A stretch of DNA of 63,748 nucleotides, counting the filler, from Octopus bimaculoides (taxonomy: Eukaryota), in the NCBI RefSeq assembly GCF_001194135.2. It is 4 parts of 4 records of this genome, joined end to end, with 100 filler letters (N's around TTAATTAATTAA, not from the genome) between each part and the next. Parts side by side here need not be neighbours in the genome. Positions count along the whole stretch, not along the records: positions 32,149 to 63,748 come from NC_068982.1; 3 more parts are not named here. One strand, given 5' to 3'. The position numbers and the translations under genes were made by a program. Shown here one piece after another: positions 37,086 to 51,597 of this stretch. How positions within the stretch are numbered: position 1 is the stretch's first letter; each line of letters begins with the position of its first letter. The notes under the pieces were generated by a model. That model made no database searches and was not told where the DNA came from. It saw nothing but the letters and a program-made list of their open reading frames with translations.

Positions 37086-38868
37086 GCTTTCTTTTGGTGG
37101 TAGGGAAACCTCTTGAGCTATTCTGCGTATGCATGCAGAGGAAATGTTTGCTTTTGTTATTGTTGTTATTCTGCTGCTACACGTGCCGGCGTTGTTGTGG
37201 GTGTATCGGTGGGAAATTGGTGTAATAATATTGCGAAAGAAATTTACCGGTTTTTGAATATGCATGGAAATTATGTCCACTTTAAATTCACCTGATTGTA
37301 ATGAGAAGTCTATGTAATGTATATTTGAATTGCGTTATACTAATTTAGAAAGGAAAGGAAATGAAAATGAGAAAGGAAACAAAGAAGAGTGGAACGATAT
37401 AGATCAGTTGATGGAACAATACATACAAAAGGTCTTTATTAAGTTCATGGTTATTTGACAAAATAATCGATCCATAAGCTAACCTTTGCCATCAAAATGA
37501 GAATGCTAATTGATATTATTAATTTGTAAGATGTCCTCGTTCATACGAAGGAATTGAGAATGTTTTGCTTATGATAGATTTAAATTTCGTTCAAGTAAGA
37601 CAGTAAGGCTAAAATGGCGTTCTATTATTAAACTGGTATGATAAAAGTGGGTTACTTTTCTTTTAAATACTTGATATAACTTTAAAACCCAGATTTCTTA
37701 TCCAACATTAAAGCCATGCCATCTTGAGATTGGTTTGCCTTTAAATTGATTATCTTTTCAGTCAGGACTTGAAAAGAGAGAATTGGGTTAAGGTTCTGCT
37801 AATCTGCTTCTGCATTATGATCAAATACTCTGTAACGTCTGATTAGAATATTCCTTCAAATAAAGTCTCATCAGAACGATGCAAAAATCAATAATCAATA
37901 CGATGCAGCTCGGATTTTGTTTAGTTTGACATAACATCTGTGAATTGGCTCTCTTTTAAACTATCACTTTTGACAGTTACGCAATATTTTACAGTATTTC
38001 CACATGCTGACTTAATTTTAATGGGGTAAAGATATAGTATACTTTATCATTATTCTAATTGTATGTGTTTTGAAGCAAAATCCAAATAGCTAGCTTTAAA
38101 GTCTTGTATCTGACATCCGTTGATTATTAGCTATTTCAAAACAACTGAAAATTATATAGTTTTTACATAATTAATTTAAAGAGCCAAATCTATTCCTAAA
38201 CCTTTTAAAGCTCCTTCTAGATTAGGACATGCGCAGAACGGGTTAAATTATTGCAGCTTAGTTTGAATGTGGATCATACAAGTTAAAATAGTCAGAATAT
38301 GGATTGGGAGAGAACAAAAGAAAAATGCATTTCTGGACATCAGATAAAGAGATTAATATGACGTCAGAATATAAAGCACGGTGGGGTAAATTAGGAAGAA
38401 AAGATAATTGCAGAAAGTGGGTTTCCATGAAAGCAATATACATCCAGAAATTTGAGAAGAACACATACAATTAAATTAGATGTGTAACTATACAGTTTGT
38501 CTCTCTTTCAGACATTAGGAATTTAGCTATTACTTTCTTTGAAGTTAAAATTATCAAATTTCCTTTGATTTGTGACACGTAAGGAAGAAAATTCACTACA
38601 GAAAATTTGAATTAAAATGGTAATGAGAGTGATATTTTTTTTTATCTCAAAGTAGTTACATTACAAACAGGAAATATTCCCAACTAAAATTAAAATAAAA
38701 ATGCAAAATCAGCTCTGTCTAGGGATCTTTCATTTGGCATGGAAATTTGGAAGGACTTTGAGAAACGGAATTAAATGATAAACAGTCACAGAAAAAAACT
38801 AAGGCAGTAAGAAGATAGTAATCTAAGACAGACATCAACGTATTCACAAAAACATAAGTGTGTGTGTG

Positions 38869-38967
<99 letters not shown>

Positions 38968-41900
38968 NNNNNNNNNNNNNNNNNNNNNNNNNNNNNNNNN
39001 NNNNNNNNNNNNNNNNNNNNNNNNNNNNNNNNNNNNNNNNNNNNNNNNNNNNNNNNNNNNNNNNNNNNNNNNNNNNNNNNNNNNNNNNNNNNNNNNNNNN
39101 NNNNNNNNNNNNNNNNNNNNNNNNNNNNNNNNNNNNNNNNNNNNNNNNNNNNNNNNNNNNNNNNNNNNNNNNNNNNNNNNNNNNNNNNNNNNNNNNNNNN
39201 NNNNNNNNNNNNNNNNNNNNNNNNNNNNNNNNNNNNNNNNNNNNNNNNNNNNNNNNNNNNNNNNNNNNNNNNNNNNNNNNNNNNNNNNNNNNNNNNNNNN
39301 NNNNNNNNNNNNNNNNNNNNNNNNNNNNNNNNNNNNNNNNNNNNNNNNNNNNNNNNNNNNNNNNNNNNNNNNNNNNNNNNNNNNNNNNNNNNNNNNNNNN
39401 NNNNNNNNNNNNNNNNNNNNNNNNNNNNNNNNNNNNNNNNNNNNNNNNNNNNNNNNNNNNNNNNNNNNNNNNNNNNNNNNNNNNNNNNNNNNNNNNNNNN
39501 NNNNNNNNNNNNNNNNNNNNNNNNNNNNNNNNNNNNNNNNNNNNNNNNNNNNNATATATATATATAAGGACATAGAAATAGCTGAGTAATTAAGATGCTT
39601 GCTTTTGCAAAAAGGGGGCCCAAGATTAGAACTCTTTTGGTAGTTTTTAAGGCATATTTCTGTTTATAGATTCACTTCCATCATTCAAATCTAATTTGCC
39701 AAAAGCGACAAAAATATTTTGGCATATTAAATTTAAATGTTGAAGTGAATCTAACGGTTTTTGTGTGTTTTTAAATGGCTTATAAACACTTTTCGCGCTG
39801 CAATTGTTTTTGTTCAGCACACGATCTCAGATCAGCTCACTTGCTATGCAAGTACATGTAAGTAATTTCTGTTTATAATTATTGTAATAATCTAGCACAA
39901 AAGCAGCTAACACCTGAATATTCTTTACATATGTCCAGCTACCAATCTCTCTGTTAATTTAGTAAGTGGATTATTATACATCGCAGTAGCATGCTTTTGC
40001 ATCTACGATTAATATAATCGTTATGAGCATTTATCAATTATCTTCCACTATTAAAATTTATACTACGATATATGTAAAGACTGCTTTAAAACAAAAGCTA
40101 TAACGTAGCTTTGAATTCTATATTATTATTATAGTCAGAATGATTATTAGAATCTAATGGAAAAAAGTTTGCTATTCATTTTAACAAACAACAATAAAGG
40201 GTAAATACTTCTTTTTCTACTTTGAAGTAATCGGCGTGAAAAACAGAGTATATGGCTCTTCATCTAAAATACAATAAATATTTTATATTTTCATTTGAAG
40301 TAATTTAATTTCTACTTTTCTAAAACAGTTTATTCATTTATATTTAGCTATTTCTCTATGGCATGTATCATTTGTATACAACTTCATACAAAGAAAAGAA
40401 AAGAAAAAACAATGAACTTTGACACTAGAAAAACATTAAGAATAAATATTCTTACATGCACATGACAATCAAATGAGGTTTATATTTCTTTTAACAACAG
40501 ACACACAGAGAAACAAAAGAAATGAAATCTCGTCCATTGTTGCCAAATTGTCTAAATTATTCTGTTAAATATTCCAAGGAAAATGTCTCAATTTAGGTAT
40601 TATTGATGTCCAACGCAGATAGACAAAAATGGTTTTATTTATTCAATAATATTCAATAATGTCTTTTCCCCATTCACATTTCTTTTATTAAAAGCTTTTA
40701 TATACAGCTTTTATATGTTGGTAGGAATCAAACAGTTTAACAAATTCTGAAATTGTTTGACAGGATTTAAAAAAGAAAATTAGCAACTTAGATACGTAAA
40801 AGAAACAGAAGCTGTGACATTTAAGTTTTCACCAAGGGCATTAATACTTTAAGTGAAATATATCCAACTGGAAATCAAAATAGCGACAGGCTAAATACAT
40901 GATATGTCAAAGAATATATTTCTCTAATAAGGTTGATGGATAATGCCTCACGGGAGCGTTTTGTATTCTAAATACACTTACAGTAGATTGAGTCACATAT
41001 GTAATATAGTGATTTGAGAAATTTCGAGTGACTTTATACTTGCAATAAAAGACAAAAATTACCTTAGGCGTATTTAGAATTAATGAAGAAACAATCAAGG
41101 GAGATAACTCGAATAATATCAGCGAATGTAAACTTTTAGAAAATAAAAACGATGCATTTAAGAGGGGAATTTGTCCTGAAAACCAGTTAATAAAAACAAC
41201 AAACCTGTTTAGATCTTTATATATCTCTATATATCAGTAGAAAAGTGTATTTACTTTAGTTGGGGATAACTGACTGACACCAATAGACTTATCTTCCTTG
41301 CTCGTTAGTATTAGATCTTAAACACCCGTACAAATACTTTTTTTTGTCTCCGAATAACAAGGTAACCTCTGTTAATCTAATTTTTTTAAATTCCACCATA
41401 TTATTGATATGAAACTGTGCCGTAGATCTATTTATCTTGCAGGACCCTTCCTGAGGAGGTACATTCAGTTATCTTTATTATTGTTATTCATAATCCGTAT
41501 CACTACTTTTCTTCTGTTTCGATACTGAATACTTTTAAGTCTAGCCAAGTGAGGCAAATATATTTCTCTGTTGGCTATCTATCTTATTGATCAACTGAGT
41601 CAAGAAGGAAAAATAACTTTGCTTAAATACACCTCTGGCATACTCAGTAACATACATTCTGATTTGTCATTATATATTCAGTACTTTTGCCTGGATAGCT
41701 GTAAGACTTTTGTTTGTCGAAGCAATTGTTTTTGAAGTTTGTTGGCCGTAGAGTGCTAATCATTGAACCATGAAATTGGAACAAACTTTTCAGTCAGTGA
41801 AACTAAGACAAATATTGCTTTATGTATGTTTAGCTTATGGACAAAATAAAGTGGCTTGTAATTCCATAAAATCAGTTATTCATTGCCTGCAGCAATTTTA

Positions 41901-43829
41901 CTGTGTAATCAGTATTAAAATCTAAAATAATTACTGAAGTGAATGCACAAGGAGTCTATTATTGCTCAAAAGGGATATAAAGTAGAAGGTTCCAGTTTCC
42001 TTTTTTTTTATTACAATAAATATTTCAATGTCATTAGATTAGGTATAATTAACTAAGTTAATCACACATTTCTGATTGGCCGGAAATATTTATATTGTAG
42101 GAAAATATTCCAATAGGGAAAAACATGTTGGTCCTTATACTAGCTAACTATCATTCCTTACTCAAGTTAATATCTCTAATGTTTATTTGAAAGTAAAATG
42201 GCATTTGAATTTTGAACATATAAAAGTATATGAATAACTACATGGTATTTTATTCATTTGTAAAAAAAATTTTTGTAATTTTCATTACGTTTGAACTTTC
42301 ATATGCAAAATTACATGAGACAAAATTTTAACAATTAGTAATAGGTTTGAAACCTTAACATTACACCAAATGCAAAAACAATTATACATGCATTTACATA
42401 CAAACTACGTAGTGGATATTCGGTTGTTAAGAGAGACGCATATTTGTTGTGAGACAATTTATTGAGTTTCAATGGCTACCACTGATAATATTAATAGCAC
42501 AACTACCAACATTTTTGAGCAAACAGCTGTTGTTCTGATCCAACTTTTGCAGAAATCTTTAAGTCAAGATCGTACCGATATTTGACACAACTTGAATTCT
42601 TCCTATAGATAATCACAACGAAGTGCATATCTGAAAACGATGCCATAAATAACATCGGCAAAGAACTGAAGAAAGACGATAAAGAAAGTAAACAAAATAT
42701 TTTTAGCTGTCACTATAAAAAATTCGAAATTATGAAGTGCATTTTTCTTGGAATTATGTACTTAAAAAAACTTTATCAATTGCTATACAATTGCAAAAAC
42801 GATCCCTCTCTTGGCTACATGAGTAGAATGGAATTGTAGTTGGCGAGCTGCAGAAATGAATTATTTCACAAAGAAAAAAAAAAAAATCAGCAAGCGAGAT
42901 TTATTGAATACTAGAGAAATATTGTTGATTGTAATATTCCCCAGAGGGTAAACGGTATACAAGTAGTCGTTAATGAAATGCTTATCCAGCAGCATATATG
43001 AGAACACGTTGGACAACTGACTAGCCTCAGCTGGCCATTATGTCAATTCTTAGTTAAGTTAATCATCCCTATGTATCTTCAAGGGATTATAGTACCAGCC
43101 GCGGTAATAAGTGTACGTGAGCAAGACAGTGAGCAATATAAACACCTGAAACATACTCTGAATATAATGTTTTACAAAGAAGATTAATTGGTTTCCAAAA
43201 AGGATAGCTTCAAGGCAGATCTTATTTAATTAGAATTTGCAAGGAACATAGAAAGCTGATGTTGGTAGTGTTTAAAGATATACGGTGTGTATATTTAAAT
43301 TGAATATTCCCTCAGTTTAGCATATTACAACACCTGTTTAAATTCCCTTCCCACAATTATTAAGCAGTGCCATGAAAACGATCAAATAAGCAAAATAAAA
43401 ACATTTAAATATCATAAGGGACCAGAGGAGAGGAAAATACCATCTTCAGTTTACGGGAGCCCGTCAGCTAGGTAGGAATATTACCCAATATAAGTAGATA
43501 ACTAACTACACTTGTTGATCAACATTAAAACAAAATATAAACCGCGTTTGAAGGCAACAAAAATAATTCTTGAAAATAAATATTGATAACCTTTACCCAA
43601 GTGCTAAAGTGTGTCGGTGACGAACTTCACCATAATAAGAGAATAGTCGAAAGAGAAACAATTAAGAAGAAATCTGGAAGAAATCAACAGTGTGCAAATA
43701 AATGAAAGGAAAGTTTAAAAAAAACATAGAGGGGCTTTTCAAGACGATACGGATTCAAACTTAAGAAAAATCTGAACTACTCAAAAATGAATGTAGTAAA
43801 CATGCAGTGAAGTAGGATGAAAACATCAG

Positions 43830-43893
43830 AGATATTACATCAAAACATACAACATCAATGGAATGATTTTGGGGATTACGATAAAGATTCAAG
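43830..43893 (+). CDS. Candidate exon (unknown product)
   Basis: Strong donor AAG|GTAAGA at 43893/4; open frame RYYIKTYNINGMILGITIKIQ(G), phase 1. No homology recognised. Confidence 0.2.
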
Positions 43894-43979
43894 GTAAGAA
43901 AAAAACACTTTGTCGGCAGCTGTTACAGAAATAAACTTTATACTTCCAGTAATTTAACATCTTACAAACCCTCAAACAG

Positions 43980-44115
43980 GCTCGCCGGCATCGACCGAAT
44001 CAAGTCTGATACGAAAGAATGATGCTGCTACCGTAGCAGAAAAAACGAACGACGTATTTATTACATACTGGACTCTTATGTATAAAATGCATAAACGATT
44101 TCTGAAAGTTTTTAG
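43980..44115 (+). CDS. Candidate exon (unknown product)
   Basis: CAG| acceptor and AG|GTATGT donor. Only one frame is open (SPASTESSLIRKNDAATVAEKTNDVFITYWTLMYKMHKRFLKVF), and its phase is compatible with the upstream donor across an 86-nt intron. Confidence 0.3.
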
Positions 44116-45198
44116 GTATGTGCTGAATATCTCTTAAATAACTAATCTATGATATGACAGTACGATGGTATAAGGGAAATTTTGTAGTAGCCTGATTAGA
44201 TGACAAGAAAGAAATCGATTCAGTTCCGCACTCATGAATACTATTGGCCATATGGCTGGCTAAAATTCAAGGGCACTATAATGAAATCCATGCACCATTT
44301 AATTTCACTCTCTTCCATCAAGATGAAGTGACTACATTGTCTCTGATGGAGTAAAATATCACGAGAGCGGGGGGGGGGGCATATATTTCAAGTAAGCAGG
44401 TTCCCTGCTTTGCCGTTTCTACTTGCAGTGAATCTTTTATAAATTTTTTGAGAAGATACTGAAGTATACACAACTGTCTCAATATATTTAGAGATATATA
44501 GTTTCTTTGTTAAATATTTGAAGACATTTCTAAAATATGAACAAGAAGTAATGATTTGAATGATTATGATATTCACAAAGGAAAAATGGCAGGGTTTCGC
44601 CAAGATAAATATCACTAGCTTACAGCGCAAAGAGAAATAATTACAGGCAAACTATCGTTGTTAGTATCTAAAGTCAGACGTTGTTTTCAGTATACGTTGA
44701 GATACTGTCGATATACACAGTGCCTATGAATAGATGATTGTATACCTTATGATGACACATCTGAGACGGAACACGTAACCATCAAAATATTGTGGCAACA
44801 ATTTTTTGTTTGTAACTCAATTGGATTCTAGATGTGATTGAGGCCATTCTTGTTAAAACCCAAACATTACCACCTACCATTAGAATTTTCCACATCACCA
44901 GTGATGCTAATCCTGAAAGAAAACGAAGGTGGCATGAGCTTAACATTTATAGAAAAATCCTTTCTAACCACTAACCAGAGACCTATGGTTATTACTGGAT
45001 ACAAAATAGTTCATTATTAGAATCATCAAAACACTGAGGCTACTTATCCCAAATGTTGCCAAAAAGTATTCATGTTAAGTATAATCAGCCACCGTTTCTC
45101 ATTCTTCTTTTGATCATGCTCGTCTATTGGAATCAACTGACCAGTGCGACCTACTTAAAGACTGTTAAAACGCTAAACGTTTTAATATTTGAAATTAC

Positions 45199-45368
45199 AG
45201 GTATTTCGTCTGTCTTTACCTACTGCGTTCAAATTCCCCCGAGGTTGACTTTGCCTTTCATCCTTTCGGAGTCGATAAATTAAGTACTAGTTGCATACTA
45301 GGTCGATCTAATTGACTGGCCTCCTCCCCCGAAATTTCGGGCTTTGAGCCTAAAGTAGAAAAGAATAT
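45199..45368 (+). mobile_element. SINE family A (3' two thirds)
   Basis: ggtatttcgtctgtctttac...gaggttgactttgcctttcatcctttcggagtcgataaattaagtac. Confidence 0.85.
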
Positions 45369-46306
45369 ATTTGTCTGAAAAGAATATTTGAAATTACAGT
45401 TTTATCATAGATAAATTATTTAATCGTAGATTATAGAAAGGCTACATCTATGACGATAAAATTGTGTACTGGTAAACAGTATTGTATCATTAGGTCAATA
45501 GCAGATATGCAAATGTTTCGGGTAGAATGTCTTGTGGTGCTGAGTTCAAATCTCGCCTTTGCCCACTTCAGTAATAAGTCGAATACATCAACCAATTTAA
45601 TACAGTACTACACTCTGGCGCCTTCGGATCTTTAGGGAAGTCCATTCTGCTGCAAGCACTCAGGCTAGGTCTCCGGTTTAATACCTATCAACTCGTCTCG
45701 TAGGGTACCTCCTCGATAAAAAGGTATGTGCATTAAACGCCTAAGCTAGAAGGACTGCCAAAGACTAACATTGATGATGTGTATTTTATTTATACATATT
45801 CTTACGATTTGAACTTCATTCCGTGTGAAATTTGTAGCTGTACAAAATGGAAAGTTTTGCAATATCTGATTGTAACGGTTTTAGTGACAAACGAAGATTA
45901 TATCTCTTTACAATATTAAGTCGGTTGCAAGGTTTTAATATTAAGTCATTTGGTTGAAGCCAAATCAGCAAAGTAAGAGTTGAGGATAGCAATAAGATAA
46001 ACCGTTATATTCCTGTATAGCGTTGAGAAAGTTTATACCAATTTCACTTCCTTTCTATAAACTGTATTTGCTACGTTTGAATCTAGCTTGAACAATTTGA
46101 TTAGTCTGTAGCTGAATCATGTTTTTCTGTAATGCGGTGTCAAAATCAGAATGCACCAAATCTTAAAATCTCATCTCTAACAAATATCAGAACCGTATTT
46201 CCACATAAAACCACATTTAATGAAGGCTAAATATTATCCTCTTTCCTCTTAAACCAATCATAACTCATAACTTTATTATTTCAATATCTCTCTTAATATC
46301 TTTTAG

Positions 46307-46337
46307 CTTACTGAAGACAATTTTTGCAGCATCTTTG
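46307..46337 (+). CDS. Candidate 31-nt micro-exon
   Basis: Polypyrimidine-TTTTAG acceptor and TTG|GTGAGT donor; phase 2 in, phase 0 out (LLKTIFAASL). Confidence 0.2.
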
Positions 46338-47541
46338 GTGAGTAATATTTGAAGTAGCCTATATCATCATTGAAAATAACGTTGCAAATTGCGTTATGTT
46401 TTTAATATGTCATCTTCTGAGTTAACAGATGAAACGATTAATATTTCATAGCTACACAGGATCTTTAAATAATTACCCAATCACATATACATTGCATAGT
46501 TTAGAGCCCGTTTTTTGTACTTGCATGAGTTGGGCTGCTCATTATTGTCAGAGTCGGCATGTGTTTAATTACACTGCTCAGCTTGATATTCCATTAAGGC
46601 AGGTTTATTGTCAGAAGATACGTTAACGTTAGTGAACATCTTTTCTGGCTCAATCGCCGACATCCGCACGATAACGGTCCGACCATATCTCAGTAGCAAA
46701 GAGATTTAGACATATGAAAAAAGTGTAGAACACGTTTATCGTGAGGAAATTTGCATAAGTTAAGCAAAAATAAGCTATGAGAAATCGTTCACAATGCCCA
46801 GTGGCATGTATTTGAATAACAAACAAATACAGGAATATCAAATATCACACCAATTGAAGACGCTATTTCAAGTAATTTTTTTTATCCAGTGTCATTTACA
46901 TACTATATATGTAAATTTTCCCTTTCATACTGCATTTCTATCTAATCGGAAAAATAATTCACTTACTTTTCCTCTGAGTGAAAAGTAATATTTATTGTTC
47001 CATGATTGTTTCCGTAAAAATTTAAAACTTGTAAAAGAACGGTATTTGTATTTATGAACAACTGTTCTGTTTTTCTTTCATTGATCCGCATTAGTGCTTA
47101 GTGTAAAAAAAATAGCGAAGGTTGAAGTCTCGTTAATGTTAAGTATTCTAAATTTGTGCTTCTCTTTTCCAAAATCTTTTAACTCATGCTTCAGTATCAT
47201 TTTCAAAGTTATATTGTATGATTGTACAAAATAGAAAGATCTCTAGACGACGTAAGAAGAGCAACTTATAAAGAGAACTTTAGATTTGAGCCTTCACTAT
47301 GCTTTTCAGTGTAAGTTAGTACAGAGAATGGAAAACGAGCAGAAAGAAATATTTTTGTAATACAGAATACCAAATTGTAACTAGATTAAATTTCCACTCT
47401 TTATTTTACTTTCACCAAAAGAACAAAGTGTAATTACTTATACCTGAAGACATGACAGAGAATTGATTTACTTGGTGAATGCAGCAGGCCAGAGAAAACT
47501 GTCCAGACATGTAAATGATACAGAAAAATACTGTCACATGA

Positions 47542-47579
<38 letters not shown>

Positions 47580-47702
47580 NNNNNNNNNNNNNNNNNNNNN
47601 NNNNNNNNNNNNNNNNNNNNNNNNNNNNNNNNNNNNNNNNNNNNNNNNNNNNNNNNNNNNNNNNNNNNNNNNNNNNNNNNNNNNNNNNNNNNNNNNNNNN
47701 NN

Positions 47703-47746
<44 letters not shown>

Positions 47747-49434
47747 CGCACGTAACAGTGATTGAGAGAAGGTTAAATTTTATGGTATGGTTTGTTTTAA
47801 TCTTCAGGAGTATGGTCCTACCCAAAAGAGAGTCTCGAATAGTCAGTCGTACTTCCTCCATTCACTTCTACTTCCGTTTTCAGGGAGTGATACAAGAGTG
47901 ACAAACGGATAACCCAGAAACAACGTGGATCCATAGTGGGTTGTAAGTTCTTTTTAGTGACGTATGGCTGGGTGGTAAGTGCAGAAAAGATTACAGATCA
48001 CATACGGTCAAGTGAGGTCAAGATTAACTTACAAGTCCTAATAACCTACGAAGTTCACAAGTCCATGCCAGAACTTTGTTCTGTTGGGACATAACATTGA
48101 TATTGCATGACAAAAGTTTGTTGTAGATGCTAGAGAAAAAACCACTTGGAAATCGCAAAAAAGCGGTACTCACTGCGTTTGTGGTCGGTACTTTGAGGAC
48201 AGTAAAAAGTAATATGCAAACACAGACTGCAAAATTTGGAACTGACATATACGGAAATTGTTCAAAAGACATGACTGTCACCAGAAATGCTCATGAAATA
48301 TAAAAAGAATTCTTAGATACCATGAGACATCACTAAAAATTAGTTTTCTCAAATCTTTCAAATTATATTCTGTTGTCATACGAGTATACATAGTCTTATG
48401 TATATAGTCCTAGATACAAAAATAGGGCCGTCATGACTGAAAACATTTATTCATTGTTTTATTCACTCAAAGCTGTCAGTTGGGTATGCTAATAACTCCG
48501 TTATTTGACCCCCGACAAAACAGTATTTTTCTAAAATGGTATCACGATGAGAAAACACAGGATAAAAGAACGAGAAAAGAGGAAGGGAAAGAAAGTAGGC
48601 AGAAGGAGAAGGAAAGAAGAAACTTATAATCGGAGCAGAAATAAGTTGTGCAAACTGGTGATTTTTATCTCTTTATCAATGGCTCCCCCAAGCAGTATTT
48701 TATTATTTGAAATGCTTAATTTTTGCAAGTGTATCATTTGAAAATATGTGTTTGCAGTATTTGTGAAAAACAATTTCATGGAGATAAAATTGTGGTATAA
48801 GCAAACAAGATTTTATAAAGACAAATGTCCAGCAGGGACATAGATATAAGAACTGCCAAACGGTAACTTTAACAGCATTAACTCTATGAAAAAAAATCCA
48901 AATCTAAGAAACATAAAATGTACACTAGCAACAGATCTTATACATACATCTTTGTTCAGTGTGAATCGTGTGGTTGATACAAATATAAAACTTTTCGTAA
49001 TATCTGGCTGCACTGTTGAAAATATGAAATGGAAAATCCAATAGCAGAGAAACATAACCCTTCTTTAGTTGTGGAAACTTCCAAGCAATTTTCACCATAT
49101 TCTTTTTTATAAATCATATTCTTCATGCTTGACTCTAGTTTGAACATTTTAGTCATCCGTAACTCAGCTAGGCTTTCCCGTGATATAATGCTAACATTAT
49201 CTGCATTAGACTTATTGGCTCGGTCGTCCACTCTCTAAGCTTCATATCTTGCTCATGCCTGGTTTGCACTTTTATATAAAGGCAAGTATATATAATAAAC
49301 GCTGTCCCTTTCCAACCTAAACCCCTATTATACATAACTATACTATATTCCCATATCAGTCTTTTAATGTAAGGAATAACATTTCTAGTGTCTTTCATAG
49401 CTGATATTTGAGTATATCTTACATTGATTTCACA

Positions 49435-49565
49435 TTTTGGCACAGAAAATTTGAGGGTGGGGTAAATCGATTACATCGACTCTAATGTTCAACTGGTACT
49501 TATTTTATCGACCCCGAAAAGATAAAAGGCAAATTCAACCTCGGCAGAATTTGAGCTCAGAACGT
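49435..49565 (-). mobile_element. SINE family A fragment
   Basis: caactggtacttattttatcgaccccgaaaagataaaaggcaaattcaacctcggcagaatttgagctcagaacg. Confidence 0.8.
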
Positions 49566-49932
49566 AACTTATAATGAGACCAAACATTGTTCACTGTCAC
49601 GTGATAATAATGCATCCCAAGATGACTTGAAGGATTTTTATTACATTGCCCTGAATATTCCTCAAGTAATTGCACAGCGGTATATATTTGTTTTTTGTAT
49701 CTATGTTACTTATATAAAATGAATTCCTAATTCTATATGACGCATATTCGATTACGAACGCGTGTGTGAGAGTGTGTATGTGTGCGTGCGTGTGTGTGTA
49801 TAAATATATTTGCACATATGTGTATATATTGATATGACTATCTATCTGTATTCATAATGACACACACACACATATATACGAACGCACAAAAACACACATA
49901 CACACAGACATGTACCGAAAGAGCGAAATGGT

Positions 49933-49936
<4 letters not shown>

Positions 49937-50020
<84 letters not shown>
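49937..50020. repeat. (TA)n microsatellite
   Basis: Directly visible. Confidence 0.95.
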
Positions 50021-50022
<2 letters not shown>

Positions 50023-50779
50023 CTAGATATTACAATAAAGTTTTCTTAAACTCAACGATTGCTTATTCAACGTATTGAATGGTGAAATAAGAATAAAACA
50101 TTAGAATTATACTTTACATGGAAAGAAAAAAGAAATGAAATAACCTAGAATACCGGAGGTTATAAATAACCTATACGGCGTGAAGTCTTGCATTCTTTTG
50201 TCACCATATATATTCACAAAAAATATTAAATGCTATTGTTTTAATTTGATTGTCTTCTGTTTTAATAGTTTGACAGTCAACCGTAATGAAGACAACCGTA
50301 ATGTTCAATATTTACACTGTCGATGTAATCCCAAAGAACAAAAAAATATGACAATGTGATTGTACGTCAGACAACCAAATTTGTGTGCTGATCACAGAAA
50401 CTGGCGTTGACCCAAAATGTTACTTCTGTTCTATTAGTTGCCTAAAAAAGAAATATTGCCCCCGCGTGAAACATATACATGGTGGTAGAAAAATATTGGG
50501 TTAAGTTAATGCTCACATTTTTGGTCTTACAGTAACCCTGTGGACTTCAACAAAAAGTGGAGAAATTATGAAAATATTAATGGAGTATAAGCACCCAACA
50601 TTGAAACTAACACTAATGTGATAAACTGCAATCATTGCCAGTCTTCTCGAGAAAAATACGCCATTAACCTTGGTCAATAATTTAAGCAAATCGTTTCCGA
50701 ATACATATAATGGTTTCTGCTCCGGCAGAATGCAAAGAATTTCGAGGGGAGGCAGTTGAAATTTATATAACTGGTTTCA

Positions 50780-50940
50780 CATTTTGGCACAAGGCCAGCA
50801 ATTTTGGAGGAAGAGATAGGACGATTACTAGTACTTATTTTATCGATCTTAGGAGTATGAAAGGCAAAGTCAACCTCGGCGGATTTGGATGGAAGTCTGA
50901 ACATAGAAACAGACGACTTACTGCTAAACATTTTTCTCGC
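50780..50940 (-). mobile_element. SINE family A
   Basis: ttttggcacaaggccagcaatttt...aggcaaagtcaacctcggcggattt. Confidence 0.8.
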
Positions 50941-50953
50941 TGCCTTAACTTAA

Positions 50954-51071
50954 CTCTTTGAGCCCTGACCTCCCGAACCTTATCTTACCATATACCGGAC
51001 ACTCCACTGGTGCTACGGTAAAGAGAAAAATAAGACATCCACCGATAAACCGGTGTTACGGGCCCAAAGGG
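50954..51071. mobile_element. piggyBac-type MITE (118 bp)
   Basis: TTAA-ctctttgagccc ... gggcccaaaggg-CTAA: 12-bp TIRs with a TTAA-like target duplication. Confidence 0.65.
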
Positions 51072-51333
51072 CTAATCTATATAATACTGACCAATAATTG
51101 ATTTATATTATTAATTTATATAATTTGTTTTACTTTTAATTATTTATAAATCACCTGCTATACATTCATATGATATCTAAAAATAATTAAATAATTACAT
51201 TCTGATTTCAACTTAAAAATAAATGAAGTTATCTTTAGAACATTCTTCTTACAATCCTTTATTTGTTTTCTTGGAGAGAAAAAAGGATAAGAGGTGAGAA
51301 AAAGGGAAAGAAAAGTAGATGAGTAGTTAAGAT

Positions 51334-51515
51334 CAGTGCACCGCAAACGGTATGCCTCGGCACACTGGTGTGCCGCGGGAATGCTATGTGTGCTTAGTGT
51401 AATCTGAATGTAATTTTTTCCCTATACTTTTAGTTACATTTTTAGTCAAGGTGTGCCACCGAATTTTGAAAACAATATAAGTGTACCGCAAGTGGAAAAA
51501 TGTAGCGGAGCACTG
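51334..51515. mobile_element. hAT (Charlie-type) MITE (182 bp)
   Basis: TIRs cagtgcaccgc and cagtgctccgc (revcomp). 8-bp flanks gttaagat and ctttagat match at 6 of 8 and resemble the NTCTAGAN preference. Confidence 0.75.
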
Positions 51516-51597
51516 CTTTAGATTGAAGTTTCCAGCTGGAAAACCCATGGATTACAAGCAATCGCTTAAAAATTGTTGTACTCATACCAACAGATCG

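Noticed and set aside
46000-46300. Possible second APE-LINE relic on the minus strand
   Set aside because: Only a weak YDWF-like resemblance; no catalytic motif recoverable.
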